From contig NC_043002.1 in the NCBI RefSeq assembly GCF_006345805.1, positions 87,544,001-87,608,000 of the forward strand: DNA of 64,000 nucleotides, read 5' to 3'. Source of the stretch: Octopus sinensis (Eukaryota). The translations under genes and the position numbers were made by a program. The notes under the pieces were generated by a model. That model ran no database searches. It was not told where the DNA came from and saw nothing but the letters and a program-made list of their open reading frames with translations. This document shows positions 51,267-64,000 of this stretch, piece after piece (position 1 is the first letter of the stretch; each line of letters opens with the position of its first letter).

Positions 51267-52449
51267 ATTATATTGATGGGGTAGGGTAATTTTATTTTAA
51301 AGGAGTTTTAAGAATAACAATAGAATATATGCTGATGGGGGTTTCAATCTTAAAAGCGGATTTAAATTTCTTTCAACTTAATTTTGATGGAGTCTTCAAG
51401 TTTCGTCTAACGTTTTATTCAATCAGTAATGTCAGTTTTCTGTTTACTGATTCTATACAGAAAAATAGAAATGAACATTCTAAGAAAAGTGCTTTAAGGT
51501 TATGTTATAATATTGTGGGTAGAATTCAGAAGCGAGAGAAAAACAAAACGTTTTATCGTTCTGGAGCAAAAATTTGAGAATCTAAGTTTAAGATATATCG
51601 GTTGCGTTTCCATAAATCTATATATTGGAATATAGTAAGCTATATTAACGTCTGCAATACCACACTGATAATTTAAGTAACGTAAATATCGATTTATAAG
51701 TTATATACATTTTCCATTATATAGTCATAAACAAATATGGAGTGTTTGTATGGGAATATATGCAAAAATCAAAGGGATGTATCTACTCTCAAACATGTAA
51801 TCTAAAATATTTAAACGTAAAATATGCAAATGCGTACAATCATTCTAGACATTTTCTCATTCCCACAAATATAACACGTTCATAAGATATATAGAAATAT
51901 ATAAAATGTCATTTGCCTAAGATGTCACACAATGGGGCGAACCTGGGACCTTGATATTACAAGACGAACGTCTTTACCATTCAGCCATATTGCATCTACC
52001 ACCATATCAAAGTATCCCCGTATAACCGCGTCAAAGTATCACCATATTTAAAAGTCTTACAAGTGACTGAATGCAGATACATACAGACAATGGCGCCCAC
52101 ACGCTCAGACACATACAAACAACGTCCCTATACTCACACACGCATTCAACAACAATAGTATACAACCGCACCGCACACACATATATACAGCAAGACTGAC
52201 AGACCTACACATACTTACAAAAAATATAAACTGCAGAAAAAAACTAATTAACACCTTTCTTAACCCTCTCATCCTTGTACATGGGGTGATTTCTAGTGTC
52301 CTTACCTGAGCTTCGCGCCAAGAATTTCTAAAATAACCATCACAAATAAAAACAGAATAACTGAGAATTATTTATTATAAACTCTGAAAAATTGAGAAGT
52401 GAGAATATTATCTGGAATTGGTAATCTGTCAATTTAATATCAATATTCT

Positions 52450-52610
52450 TTTCTACTCTAGGCACAAGGCCCGAAACTTTTGGGGAGGGAGTCAGTCGAT
52501 TAGATCGATCCCAGTACGCAAATGGTACTTAATTTATCGACTCCGAAAGGATGAAAGGCAAAGTGAACCACGGTGGAATTTGATCTCAGAATGTAAAGAC
52601 AGACAAATTA
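52450..52610 (-). mobile_element. SINE internal fragment
   Basis: GGTACTTAATTTATCGACTCCGAAAGGATGAAAGGCAAAGT is shared with the SINE family. Confidence 0.7.
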
Positions 52611-53264
52611 ATCTAATACCAATATTGCATCACCACTACCATCAGCTTTGTGAGAATTATATCCCCTCGTTACAGATGCAGACTTATAGCTTTCCTCTTG
52701 AAATCTTCATGGATTCCAAGTCATCCTCTTGAAACGCTTGAACGAACTGCTGTTTATTTTCGACAGGATCTTATTAAGTGTGTAGTACCTCGTCATTTGT
52801 AAACAGTCTGCACCTTAGTGCTGTAAATAAACTATGCCAGAAGTGTCCGACATAGTTAAGCTCGGGAACATTGTAAATGAAACACAAAACAGCTCTTAGA
52901 TTGCACTGTCTTTGAGCAAATATTTGTAAACAGTTGAATTCTGTGCCGACAAACTATTTTTATTCAGATTGACCAATCTATGTTTTATTTTGACTGAATT
53001 TTTGCATGAGATTTGCCTTTTCCGGTACGTCAAGAATTCTGCTAAGCTTCAAGCCTGACATTCCCATTGAACCAAGAGTATGGTCTGATTAGGCTAATCT
53101 CGTCACTATATTATTAACCTCGAGAAAGGCAATAGAAATAACCACCAAATAAGAGGGTGCTATTTCTTGTTGCTCTAGACAAAGAAAGCTATTGCCTGGA
53201 CAATAAACTGAAAATTTATTCATAAAGTCTTCAATTCTTCTTACCATACTACATACTTTGATCT

Positions 53265-53795
53265 TGCAACCTTCTTTTCAGAATAGAAACATCGACCTTA
53301 GAAACGGTGTATCTTTATTAGGCTTTTGTCGACCTCGGCAGAATTTTAACCCAGAACGTAAAGACAGACGAAATACCCATTTCTTTACAGCCCACAGGGG
53401 GCTAAATATAGAGAGGACTAACAAGGACAGACAAACGGATTAAGTCGATTATATCGACCCCAGTGCGTAACTGGTACTTATTTAATCGACCCCGAAAGGA
53501 TTAAAGGCAAAGTCGACCTCGGCGGAACTTGAACTCAGAACGTAGCGGTAGACGAAAATACCTATTTCTTTACTATCCACAAGGGGCTAAACACAGAGGG
53601 GACAAACAAGGACAGACAAACAGATTAAGTCGATTACATCGACCCCAGTATTCATCTGGTACTTAATTTATCGACCCTGAAAGGATGAAAGGCAAAGTCG
53701 ACCTCGGCGGAATTTGAACTCAGAACGTAACGGTAGACGAAATACCGCAAAGTATTTCGCCCGGCGTGCTAACGTTTCTGCCAGCTCGCCACCTT
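53265..53795 (-). mobile_element. Trimeric SINE array
   Basis: Three units with junctions GAAATACC|(C/T)ATTTCTTT at 53377 and 53562. Confidence 0.9.
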
Positions 53796-55702
53796 CATGG
53801 TTTCTAATGTTGCACATATTTGTCGGGATATATAGAGTTGACTGAACGTCTCCAGTACAAAAGTGATACTTATTTAGACATAAAGGTCGAAACAAATTTC
53901 TGTCAGGCAATTATGCACGTCTTGCCACTATTTCTGCCATTTAATTACTCTTATTACATCTATCATTGTTGCAACATCAAGAAAAACCTGCATAGTTTGG
54001 TACCATATTTTATCTTAATTTTTTTTCTTCTGAAAATGTTCGTCTTTGGCTATTATTGTAATTGTTGACAGACTCGTTCCATAGTTAAGAAACATATTTA
54101 AAACATTATGCGATTATCTTCATATTCTTTGTTGGAGCAATTGTTCTTAACTGTGTAATTAAATTTGTTGATAAAAGCTAAAATGCCATATCCTCATATT
54201 TCTCTTCAATAAAAATCTTAAAAGGTAACGCGATACTTTAATTCAATATATATATTAAAAGTTTTTAACACGTTTGCCTTTGTGCTTTAAAAAAAAAAAT
54301 ATGTGGATTGACTAAAACTACTGAAGTATTTCGTTACTTAAATATATATTAAGTGCCTCCATGGAAGAGGTGGAAGAGATCGTATGGTAATGGAATAAAT
54401 GCCGCCGGGAATCTCCGTCAGTCAGAGCTAACCATGCTTCAACATCTGTAAGTGCAGGCCTAGGTAAGCATTTTTTTTTAACGGAAGGACCAGCGGTTAT
54501 ATATGCATGCAAATATCTTCTTTCATTTTCACCCATATTGCTCAATGGAAATGCCACCGCTTTAGATCTGATACAATTTGGCACCTGTGTCATTGCAGGT
54601 GTTACTGTCAGAACATAAAGGCTCAGAACAAGCGCCACAAGACACCGCGTCGGACACTTGCATAAATCTGACAATCTACTGCTCTGGTTTGTTACTTTCT
54701 TATCGATTCCAGAGAATGGAAGACAAAATAACTGCGGCGGCATATGATAATAGGGTGACTAAATAAATATTACGCTTTAGTCTAGCAAACACTTCAGTGA
54801 CTTCTAATTCATCGTCTTTGAAGAAATGACCAAAAATATTTAGTTTAGTCTGCCTGTCTTTCAAATTCAGATGTAATAGGAATCGACTACATCACCAATT
54901 GTTGATTGTGGTTAGTCAGAATCTGTTAATGTTATCATCGTAGAAGTGTAGACATAACTATTTAGAGAAAAGGATTGCATGCCAATTATTTGCTTTTGAT
55001 TTTAATCCCATTGAGTGACACCGCACTTATTTGTGTTCTATCGCAAAATGCATTTAACCGATATACTGTGAGTGAAATTCGGCTGAAAGAAACCGTACAC
55101 AAGACTGTCATAAATATATACATAGATACATAGTACAATTGTACTACGCTACCTTGGATATCCTTGTTGCTTATTTTGATTATAATCACCCCATTTGATT
55201 TATACGCATAATACCATATAAAATTCTGGTGCCTTTAACTTAAGTACCATATTCATCTGAATCTAAATTTTGCTGAACTTATATATATATATATATATAT
55301 ATATAAGAATGTATGTATGCATACACATATTAAAAAGACCCCCTGTGGATTAAGAACGAATTCTCTTTATTAATGACACGTAGAGAAAAGGAGAGGCCGT
55401 CTCCCGATGGACCATTTCACGGTTTGTTTGACCGCTAGTCAGAAAAAACGTACTCAGGGACGACCCGAGAATTAGCAGTAAGGGAGTCCCTCATTCTCTT
55501 TCCCAACATCACCAGCCTAGAAAAAATGTGTGTATATTCTTATTTCGATAAAAGTGTTAATAACATATTTCAACTTCTACGATTTGGCTTTGAAGTATGA
55601 GTATAAATATATATATATATATATGTACAAGGGTGTGTGTGTGTAGATATCTGTATATATATATATATGTACCTATATGTATATATATATATACGTATAT
55701 AC

Positions 55703-55752
<50 letters not shown>

Positions 55753-56451
55753 TATATATATATATAAATGTATATAGATGTATATGTATACATATATATA
55801 TATATACACACTTATACATATATACATATACATGCCTATCAATCTATTTACCTATCTTTATATGTATGTATTTGTGGGGGGGTGTACGTATGGATTATAT
55901 GGGTGTGTGCATGTATGTGTGTATGAGTGTATGTATGTATGTAAATAATCACATGCAGTTAAACTGGAAAATTGATAGTCCAGATTACTTTCATTTCCCA
56001 TAAATCATTGAAACGGAGCAACAGAATCTGTGACTGGGAAAGAGTGTATGTGATTGCACGAGTTGTAATCATGTTTAGTATAAAATATATTAAGAATTTT
56101 TTTTATTATTGTCGAGATTTTATGAAACGTAATTCAAAATTTAAAATGAATCTGAATTAATCTTACGCAGGCTTTAAAATCTTCAATAATTCTAAATCTT
56201 TATATCAATAAAGATACGAAAGCTTGATAAAAATGCACAATTATACAGACTTCGATGAATGTATTTCAGTGCATTTCTCTATGTACGTGCACATGCATAA
56301 TCGATAGATGAAAAAATAATCAAATAATCATAAAAACTGTAAACAGTACATTTGAGATTGTTGATTTAAACCTTATTAAAAACTAGCAGATAACCTACTT
56401 TATTTGGTGAGTTTATCTCCAAGGACAACTGCAGTGGTTTAAATCTACATA

Positions 56452-56840
<389 letters not shown>

Positions 56841-57076
56841 TATGTATCAAGCTATTCTATTTATGCATGAATGTATATGTGTATGTATCCAATATATGGG
56901 GGGCTGTCTGGAAATATAATTCAAAGGTGGGCATAATATTTTATTAACTAGCTTTGGTCGTTTAAATTTCTTATGTTAATAGATTTTTCCCTTGATAGTT
57001 ATTACTCAAAATAGTTTCCTATTTCAAGTGATGCATTTTCACCATAGGTGAATCCAGTTCTCGACACCAAATGTGC

Positions 57077-57375
57077 GAAAGTACGTAGGAGCAACTGAAG
57101 GCCCCTTCAGAACCCGCTATAACAGCCACAAGTCCTCCTTCAACATCCCGGAGAGACTTAATGCCACAACTCTGCCAAATACGTATGGTCGTTGAAAGAA
57201 AGCGCTACCGAATGCAGCATAAAGTAGAGATTTTAGAGAAATATAACTCGTACTTCAATAGCAGTAAGAAGTGCAGATTATGCCTGGCGGAGAAGAGAGC
57301 GATATGAAAGAGCTATCAGCACCTAAATATCTACGTGAACAGTAGAAATGAAACTTTTAATCCTTGCCCCATATG
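57077..57375 (+). pseudogene. Penelope-like element GIY-YIG endonuclease C-terminal remnant
   Basis: KYVGATEGPFRTRYNSHKSSF..TTL.KYVWSLK..CRLCLAEK..NSRNE..PCPH; followed by ~700 bp of probable 3' repeat region. Confidence 0.75.
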
Positions 57376-58141
57376 AAAGGAAGCACATCCTATCATATCT
57401 GCGTGCCCCATCATGACTATAATGACCAGTCCCTCATATCCGGCCCTCTCGCAACTTATACGTGGGAATCCAGTAAAGACTTTGATCAGAACATACACAA
57501 ACGCACTCACAAACACACATGCACTAAACCGGTGGACAACCACCCAATATACCATTTTCCACCCCTCCGCTCCCCCACTATAAGCCCCTACTCATATTGT
57601 ATCCCTACGCACACTCCATGAACACTTAAATGGCCCAAAGAATGTAACCAAAGGGTTTAACCGAGATATAAAAGGAAAAATAACTTTAAGGAACACAGAT
57701 GTGTGTGCGGCTTTTGGGAACGTCACCCTCCACATCGAAAACGCTGCATATATAGTACCACTACACACATTCCACTTTTACAAGAACGCCAATCCTAAAA
57801 CATGCATGCATTTCCCATACACTTTTTTCTAGAAAACTCTTGTCGCCTTGCAATACTCTCAGAGAATAGTGTTTTGGTACCAACTGTTAACTTAACTGTT
57901 GCTCGGTTCGTTTCATCACCTTTTTCACAACAACCACAAACCGGATGTGTCTGTTCACCTCCAACAAGAAAGAGCAGTCACCATATTTCATTTCATAACT
58001 ACCATCTCTGAATAGTGCAGGATTACATAATCGAGCTGTTACCCAAGAGTTATGGTGACACTTTAAATAATAAACCCACTCTACTGACAAAAATGCGAGT
58101 GCACTTTTCTGATTTATGGATTCTTTGATGGCAATACATAC

Positions 58142-58208
<67 letters not shown>

Positions 58209-58469
58209 AAGAGAAAGAATATTTTGTATTTTTATTTTTTTCTTCATCTTTGCAAGAACGTTTTCCTTTTTCAAATTTCTTTTACATCTTCATTTCAAAT
58301 ATAAATTCCTTAAGTTTTCTTCGAAGATTTATTAGTCCAAATTCTTTGTGTCCCAAAAGCTGATTAGCTTCTTCTCCACGCTCTTTTTTGTATATTATCT
58401 CAACATTGGTTTGTCTAGAGTTTGAACACCTTTAATAAAACTTCTTTATTCCCTGATTCGTCTACTTTA

Positions 58470-59752
58470 CGAGATTAATCTAAAAAAAACCCAACCTTTT
58501 AAAACAAATTCATTACTATATATTCAACTTAAACTTGTTTCCTTCAAACCATATACCTCTAATGTTGATACACCGCTCCCAAATATTTTGTCCAGTTTTG
58601 GAGCAGGTATTCTGAAGTAATGCTCAATTCTCGTAGAGAACTTTTTGCGATATTATCTCTGTATCAGTTAAATTCAGCAAGTTTTCGGGGTGAATTTTCA
58701 TTCTCTGAAAAATGAAAGCAAAATGTTTACAAGAGACATGTGTCGAGAATTGGGCAGCTTGAAAGTTAATGTCATCACGTATTTTGCTAAAAGACACAAC
58801 TAGACAGTGACGAGTGATCGGGTGTTTTGAAGTGATACAGCACATTGATTTTGTTTGTCCACGTTTCTGGCTTTTTCTCTGCAATATCTCTCTCAAACCC
58901 CTCAAAAGATTAAGGTGTAACGATTTATGTGTCATCTAATCACGTGAAATAATCTTATGGTTAAACATACGCTTCCAATGAAAAGCCTTTATATCATCCC
59001 ATTTAAGTGATTATGACATGTTATATTTGTTCGCGGCGTCGATGATCTAACACACTTCGATGACTGTATTTTTGCTTCGAGTTTGTAACTAGAAACGCAC
59101 CTTTTGAGACTTGTTATGTCATTTTCCAGAAAGTAGTCATCAATATTCGAACAATCAAATAGCTCCTGTTGACTGTGACGTCATTCTGTTTTTGTCCACC
59201 TGTCAGCAGACCCAGCACAAAGTTTGTGACAGCACAGAACTTCAGTTTTAATTTTAAAATCATGTGACATAAACATTTACATATACCTACCTTTTTCTGG
59301 AAGTTCATGGACAGTAAACCAACAATGATATGGATGTCAGCTCATTGTCAGTTGTCTTTAAAAGACGTCCAGATTCAGAACAGATTTGATTGATATTCTT
59401 ACCTTTTGAAAAAAGATTGGTATCATTCATAACATTGCGTATTGCTCAAATAACATCCCCTCCATAAGTCCGTTGCATCACTAAAAACGTATTCTGTAAA
59501 AGTTTTCAAAATTTATGATAAAATTAACATAAAATATGTGACTTTTCAAATTCTTCATTGTTCATCTTGCTACAAATCTCCAAGTACACTAAAAGTAAGT
59601 TCACTCTAGCCTGTGTAGATCGATGACCAACTAAAGAGGCTACTATTAGAAAGGATTGTAAAGTCATATATACACAGCTTTGTGGTTGCGGGCACGCTGC
59701 ACTGGCTTATTGACGCGCTGTTTTTTCGTTCATCGTTCTGCTGATAGACCAC
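58470..59752 (-). mobile_element. Full-length, heavily decayed mariner
   Basis: TA-CGAGATTAATCTAAAAAAAACCCAACC TIR-like end; minus strand ends YFRI.APKL..WE.CI..RG; ~1.28 kb; second TIR degenerate. Confidence 0.6.
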
Positions 59753-61119
59753 AAAACTATTATATCATTAACCCACTTTGCAATCACGCAGTATTCTAAA
59801 AATATTTATGTCCTTTACTTTCGGAGGTATTGTAATTTTTCCATATTTCTCTATGTATATATCTTTTTGTATTTTATTATTCAGTTACATTTGGCTTAGT
59901 CAGAGAAAGACAAGCAGCATCTATGACCATAAACAGTCTCCGAGACTGATGAACGGAAAGGAAGAAGTTGTCTTTCGACTGGAGATCTAACATAAATGCT
60001 AACAAGAGATTGGATTCCGATAACATCACACAATGTGCTGGTGGGATCTGAAATAGGGTAAAGAATTAAGTATACAATCCAAGGAGAAGAACACTGCTTC
60101 CAATGGGCTTCTCAGTTTCCGTCTACGACCTTCCACCTGTAAGGAATAATTTAACTAGAGACTGTCAGAGAAAATAATTGACTAAACTGCGGTGAAATGA
60201 AACAGCTGAGGAGTGAACGTGATTTGTTCGACTCGAGGCTATGATTGATGTCTATCATTCTGCCTATTTACCGAAGTGAGATCTATTTTAGAAAAACGAA
60301 ATTGCTACGCACATTTCCTAACCACACAACCATTCTGTTCTGATTACGATCTTGTTTTTAACCTTGCGTAAAAAAGAAAAATTCTCATTGAAAGCATCAT
60401 CATCGCTCTACTTCTTTCGAATTTACATCTCGTAATTGCAGATAGCATTAAAAATTGTGAAATCTGTTGCCGCAGCACAACAAATAGAGAATATTATTAA
60501 TAACAGAAGATTAATACAAACACTCGGAAGAGAAACAGTAACAGAAGGAATATAAGAGGCAACAACAAATGTGATATAGTAGCCGAATATTTGACATTTC
60601 TATCGCCCGTAATGTTTGACAAGGAAAGAATACAAAATGAGATTATTGAACGCCAGTTACAACAAAAGCAGTTTCAGCATAAACGTTTTTGGCATATAAC
60701 TTAACCTTACAGAGAAGGATATGCCCGCATGATAATAGCAAGAATACGATGAAGAAAAAAATATCAAATCTCATTAGTTTTGATTTGTTTTTGAAAAATA
60801 TCTTGTTTCCTGCATGTTAAAAATCATTATTTGAAGTCTAAAATTATTATACTTTCAGCATACGAAATTTGGAGTTTGTTGACATGGAAAGCAAACAAAT
60901 TTCAGTTGGGAACAAAACAGAAAATAAATATTATATCATAAGATACAGGAATTATGCTGAGTGACAAATAAACTTTGACCTTCAACTCAAAACCCAAAAT
61001 CTTTTTCATTTAGTTAACCTGAATAAATTTAAAAAGAAAGAACAGAGATAAATATCAATGCCACGATTTGATTATAATCTACATAACTAGACGCAGGCAG
61101 GACTGAGAGATATAAGAAG

Positions 61120-61460
61120 TTTGCTCTCTTGCCATGCTTCCTGGGTTCAGTCTCACTGCCTGACATGTGTGAGATGTTTTTTACCGTCGAGTGTACGCAA
61201 GAAGTCGAAAGAGCACTGGTGCTAGTTCACACCTTGATTTATATCCCTGTCGTCCCATGTTAACACAGGCGGTCATGGCAACATAGAACTATCGGACAAT
61301 ACGAACAAACTTATTGGGGCAGGCAAACCTGAGCAGAAGGTCTCGTATGCGCTTTCTTTTTTAAATATAGCATGCTTTGGAGACGCCGACAAATAATGCC
61401 GACTTCTCAATAGTTGACCGAACTTATGAGTGTATTTTGGTAGACAGAAACTGTCCAACA
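61120..61460 (+). mobile_element. Old SINE interrupted by a 230-bp templated insertion
   Basis: GGGTTCAGTCTCACTGC.. before the insert and TATGAGTGTATTTTGGTAGACAGAAACTG after it. Confidence 0.55.
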
Positions 61461-61698
61461 GCCTGCTGAGTGGACTGTACCTATAGTTCAAACATCTAGA
61501 TGATTCTTCTTAAGAATTAAGTTAATCGTACAGATGTTTAAGGAAACTCAGCCACTTTGAAAAATTATTTAATGAGTAGAGCATCCACTTCACAGAACAA
61601 CTGGATACTCGCACATCGAAATCAACGGGAGAATAAATCCCTCCCTCTAATTATCGATCTACCTACCTACACGACTATTAATCTAACTACCTACCTAC

Positions 61699-61794
<96 letters not shown>

Positions 61795-62571
61795 ATATAT
61801 ATATATCTATCGAGAGAGAGAGAGGGGGGAGTAAAAAAGAGAGAAAGGTAATGGATAGATAAAAATCCATGTGTGTGTGTGTTATATCTGCATAAGTGAA
61901 TGAGTTTGTATATATTTTGCTGTTTCTGGTACTTTCCTAAAGCTAGCGAACTGAAGATCTTGTTACTATTTTGTTAATCTATATTGTGACTCAGGCAACA
62001 TTAACTCGGTTATGTTGCTGAAGCAACTCCATGGTCAGGACCATACCAGCAACAGAAAAGAGTGATAAGCAACAGATAAGAATGATGGCATACTGTTGTT
62101 GAAGATACCGTTTTCCATCAAATACTTAAAATATATCAATAATGTTTGTTTCTCTGCAATGTTGTAGAGATGCAGGTTTGCTAATATACTGCTAAAGAAT
62201 CACGTACACATGTAATTTTCTCCTACGGAGGCACAGCGGAAATGTTGTCAACCCTGGGAAAGTTATTATCCTTAAGAAGACTGACTACTAATAGAAACTC
62301 TTGGGAGTTTGATTGCCAACTGAACTTCGGTCGTGTATCTGAAAAAATTCAGGCAGTTCGGTCAACTTTTGAGAAGTCGGCGTCTCCAAAGCATGCTATA
62401 TTTAAAAAAGAAAGCGCATACGAGACCTTCTGCTCAGGTTTGCCTGCCCCAATAAGTTTGTTCGTATTGTCCGATAGTTCCATGTTGCCATGACCGCCTG
62501 TGTTAACATGGGACGACAGGGATATAAATCAAGGTGTGAACTAGCACCAGTGCTCTTTCGTCTTCTTGCGT
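61195..62571. repeat. Near-identical 217-bp inverted repeat pair (61195-61424 / 62355-62571)
   Basis: 3 substitutions plus a 13-bp insertion in the left arm, counted by eye. Confidence 0.95.
61696..61810. repeat. (CTAT)n microsatellite
   Basis: Directly visible. Confidence 0.95.
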
Positions 62572-63289
62572 GACTCCAGGCCTCTTTCCAATATAATCGA
62601 AGACAGCAATAGCGTGGCAGTGAATTTCAATGTAGATGACGATATTAACTTCAGAAAATTTCCACTCAACCATCAAACTCTGCGGAGAGCTGGTCCTGAA
62701 TATATGTTTTGCGGACCATGATCAGGAGGTTCTTCGAACTATCATTGATGTAAAATTGAGAAGATTCGGCGGGATGGCGCTGACTTTCGGAATATATAAT
62801 GATGCTCAACAACACTTTCAACTGTGGAAAAGCGCGTTTGTGGACGAAGTACGACCACACCTGCTCACTGTCAAATAATCGGTAATAATAATAACTTACT
62901 TTTATTTGGCACACAACTTCAAATGTGTTGGAAAGAGAGGAACATTGTATAAAGTTTTCATTTTATTATATTTAATGGTAAATTGAAGTTAAAGGATTAC
63001 AACAGGAATTCGTCATCGGATCTTACATACGTCTAGTAAAAAAAAAAGTTACCTCTGTTCTACGATCACCTAAATCTCTTTATATTTGATTACTCTTAGT
63101 TTTGGTCCAGAGCCAATTTCTTTGCTCTATTCAACTAAAAGAATTTTTCAGAATCTAAGGAAACAGGTTACGATGAGGATGTGTCGTCAGCTGTAATTAT
63201 AAGAGAATTTGTGGAAATTATGATTTCAACTGATATGAGAATTTAAGTATTCAACAGTTTGCCCTTTTGTACTTTATCAAAGTTGAAAA

Positions 63290-63451
63290 GAGAGAGAGAG
63301 AAAGAGAAAGAGAGAGAAAGAAAAAGAGAAGAGAGAGAAGAGAGAGAGATAGAGAAAGGGAGAGAGAGATTGAGAGAAAGAGAGAGGAAATATGAGAGAG
63401 GGAGAGTGTGTTACTTAAATTGTAGTTGCCCTTCACGAACTCTCCCCTCCA

Positions 63452-63485
<34 letters not shown>
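63290..63485. repeat. (GA)-rich tract and (ATT)n
   Basis: Directly visible. Confidence 0.9.
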
Positions 63486-64000
63486 TGTTTAATAAAAAAA
63501 ATGAGTCAAAAGCAATAGTTAAGAAGTTCGCTTCATAATCATTAGATCCTAGATTTGAGTCCTCAGTGCAGTAACTTAAATGGTTGTGGATCGCAAAATA
63601 AAATTATTCTGCTTCTTTATGATATGGGATCGATATAGCCAACTCACCTCTCTTACCTAAATTTCTGGACTTTCGCCTATGTTAGAAGTTATATTACTGT
63701 TATTTACTTCCACTTCAGACACAAAATCAGCCGGAAGAAACTTGAAATTGATTAAATTTTGTTTGGGAGAAGTAAATTAAAAAAAAAAAAGTATTTTCGA
63801 CAAATTTTTGTAATTAAGTTTTAAGTTAGTTAAACTACACAAACCTCAAGAAATATTCAACAGGAAGATAACACACAGCCCCAGAATGGTCTTAACCGTA
63901 TTGGTCTGAACAAACTAAAGAACTGCAGAATGTAAAAATCAGTAGATTCTTTTAGAAGGAAAGTCAATGCACTTGGTAACAAATTTTATCGAAGTGTAAA

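Noticed and set aside
53265-53795. CRISPR-like repeat array
   Set aside because: The units are ~185-bp SINE monomers without unique spacers, the context is eukaryotic, and there are no cas genes.
54318-54743. 141-aa ORF on the minus strand
   Set aside because: No recognisable domain, it starts without an upstream gene context, and a length like this can arise by chance in GC-richer DNA.
61195-62571. 1.38-kb DNA transposon with 217-bp TIRs
   Set aside because: There is no TSD, the interior is the remainder of the interrupted SINE plus microsatellite, and the right arm is continuous with outside sequence.
62490-62875. Tyrosine recombinase (LTWDD, RPHL) or hAT dimerisation (FPQLKVLLSI) similarity
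   Set aside because: Spacing to the catalytic Arg and other conserved residues does not fit; these are only short coincidental motifs.

Overview
AT-rich, microsatellite-dense eukaryotic non-coding DNA. The SINE families, the (TA)/(TACA)/(AAT)/(CTAT) load and the internal TTAGGG repeats suggest a cephalopod (Octopus-like) genome; this is an inference from remembered repeat families, not a database result. I found no host protein-coding exon, rRNA, true tRNA gene or CRISPR array, and most ORFs in the supplied track are translations of simple repeats. The window is a layered transposon graveyard. It contains (i) a Ty3/Gypsy remnant with 5' LTR, PBS, gag, protease and integrase but no RT/RNaseH (6.7-10.6 kb); (ii) an 8.5 kb stack of LINEs in (AAT)n/(ATT)n tracts (34.1-42.6 kb), including a near-complete CR1/Zenon-like LINE whose ORF1 carries tandem CCCH zinc fingers and two head-to-tail R4/Dong-type elements; (iii) a nest at 43.6-47.9 kb: a Chapaev3-like transposon containing a mariner that holds a templated Helitron fragment, followed by a Helitron and a MITE; (iv) several mariner/maT fossils, Penelope and RTE fragments, and many tRNA-derived SINEs; (v) five copies of a GG..CC, 8-bp-TSD MITE carrying telomere-type repeats. 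The most interesting signals are the CCCH-finger ORF1, the microsatellite-targeted LINE stack, a 98-99% identical 217-bp inverted templated duplication copied from an unidentified coding-like island (61.2-62.9 kb), hammerhead-ribozyme-like motifs, and fixed-junction SINE multimers. Boundaries of decayed elements are approximate and all family assignments come from motif recognition by eye.
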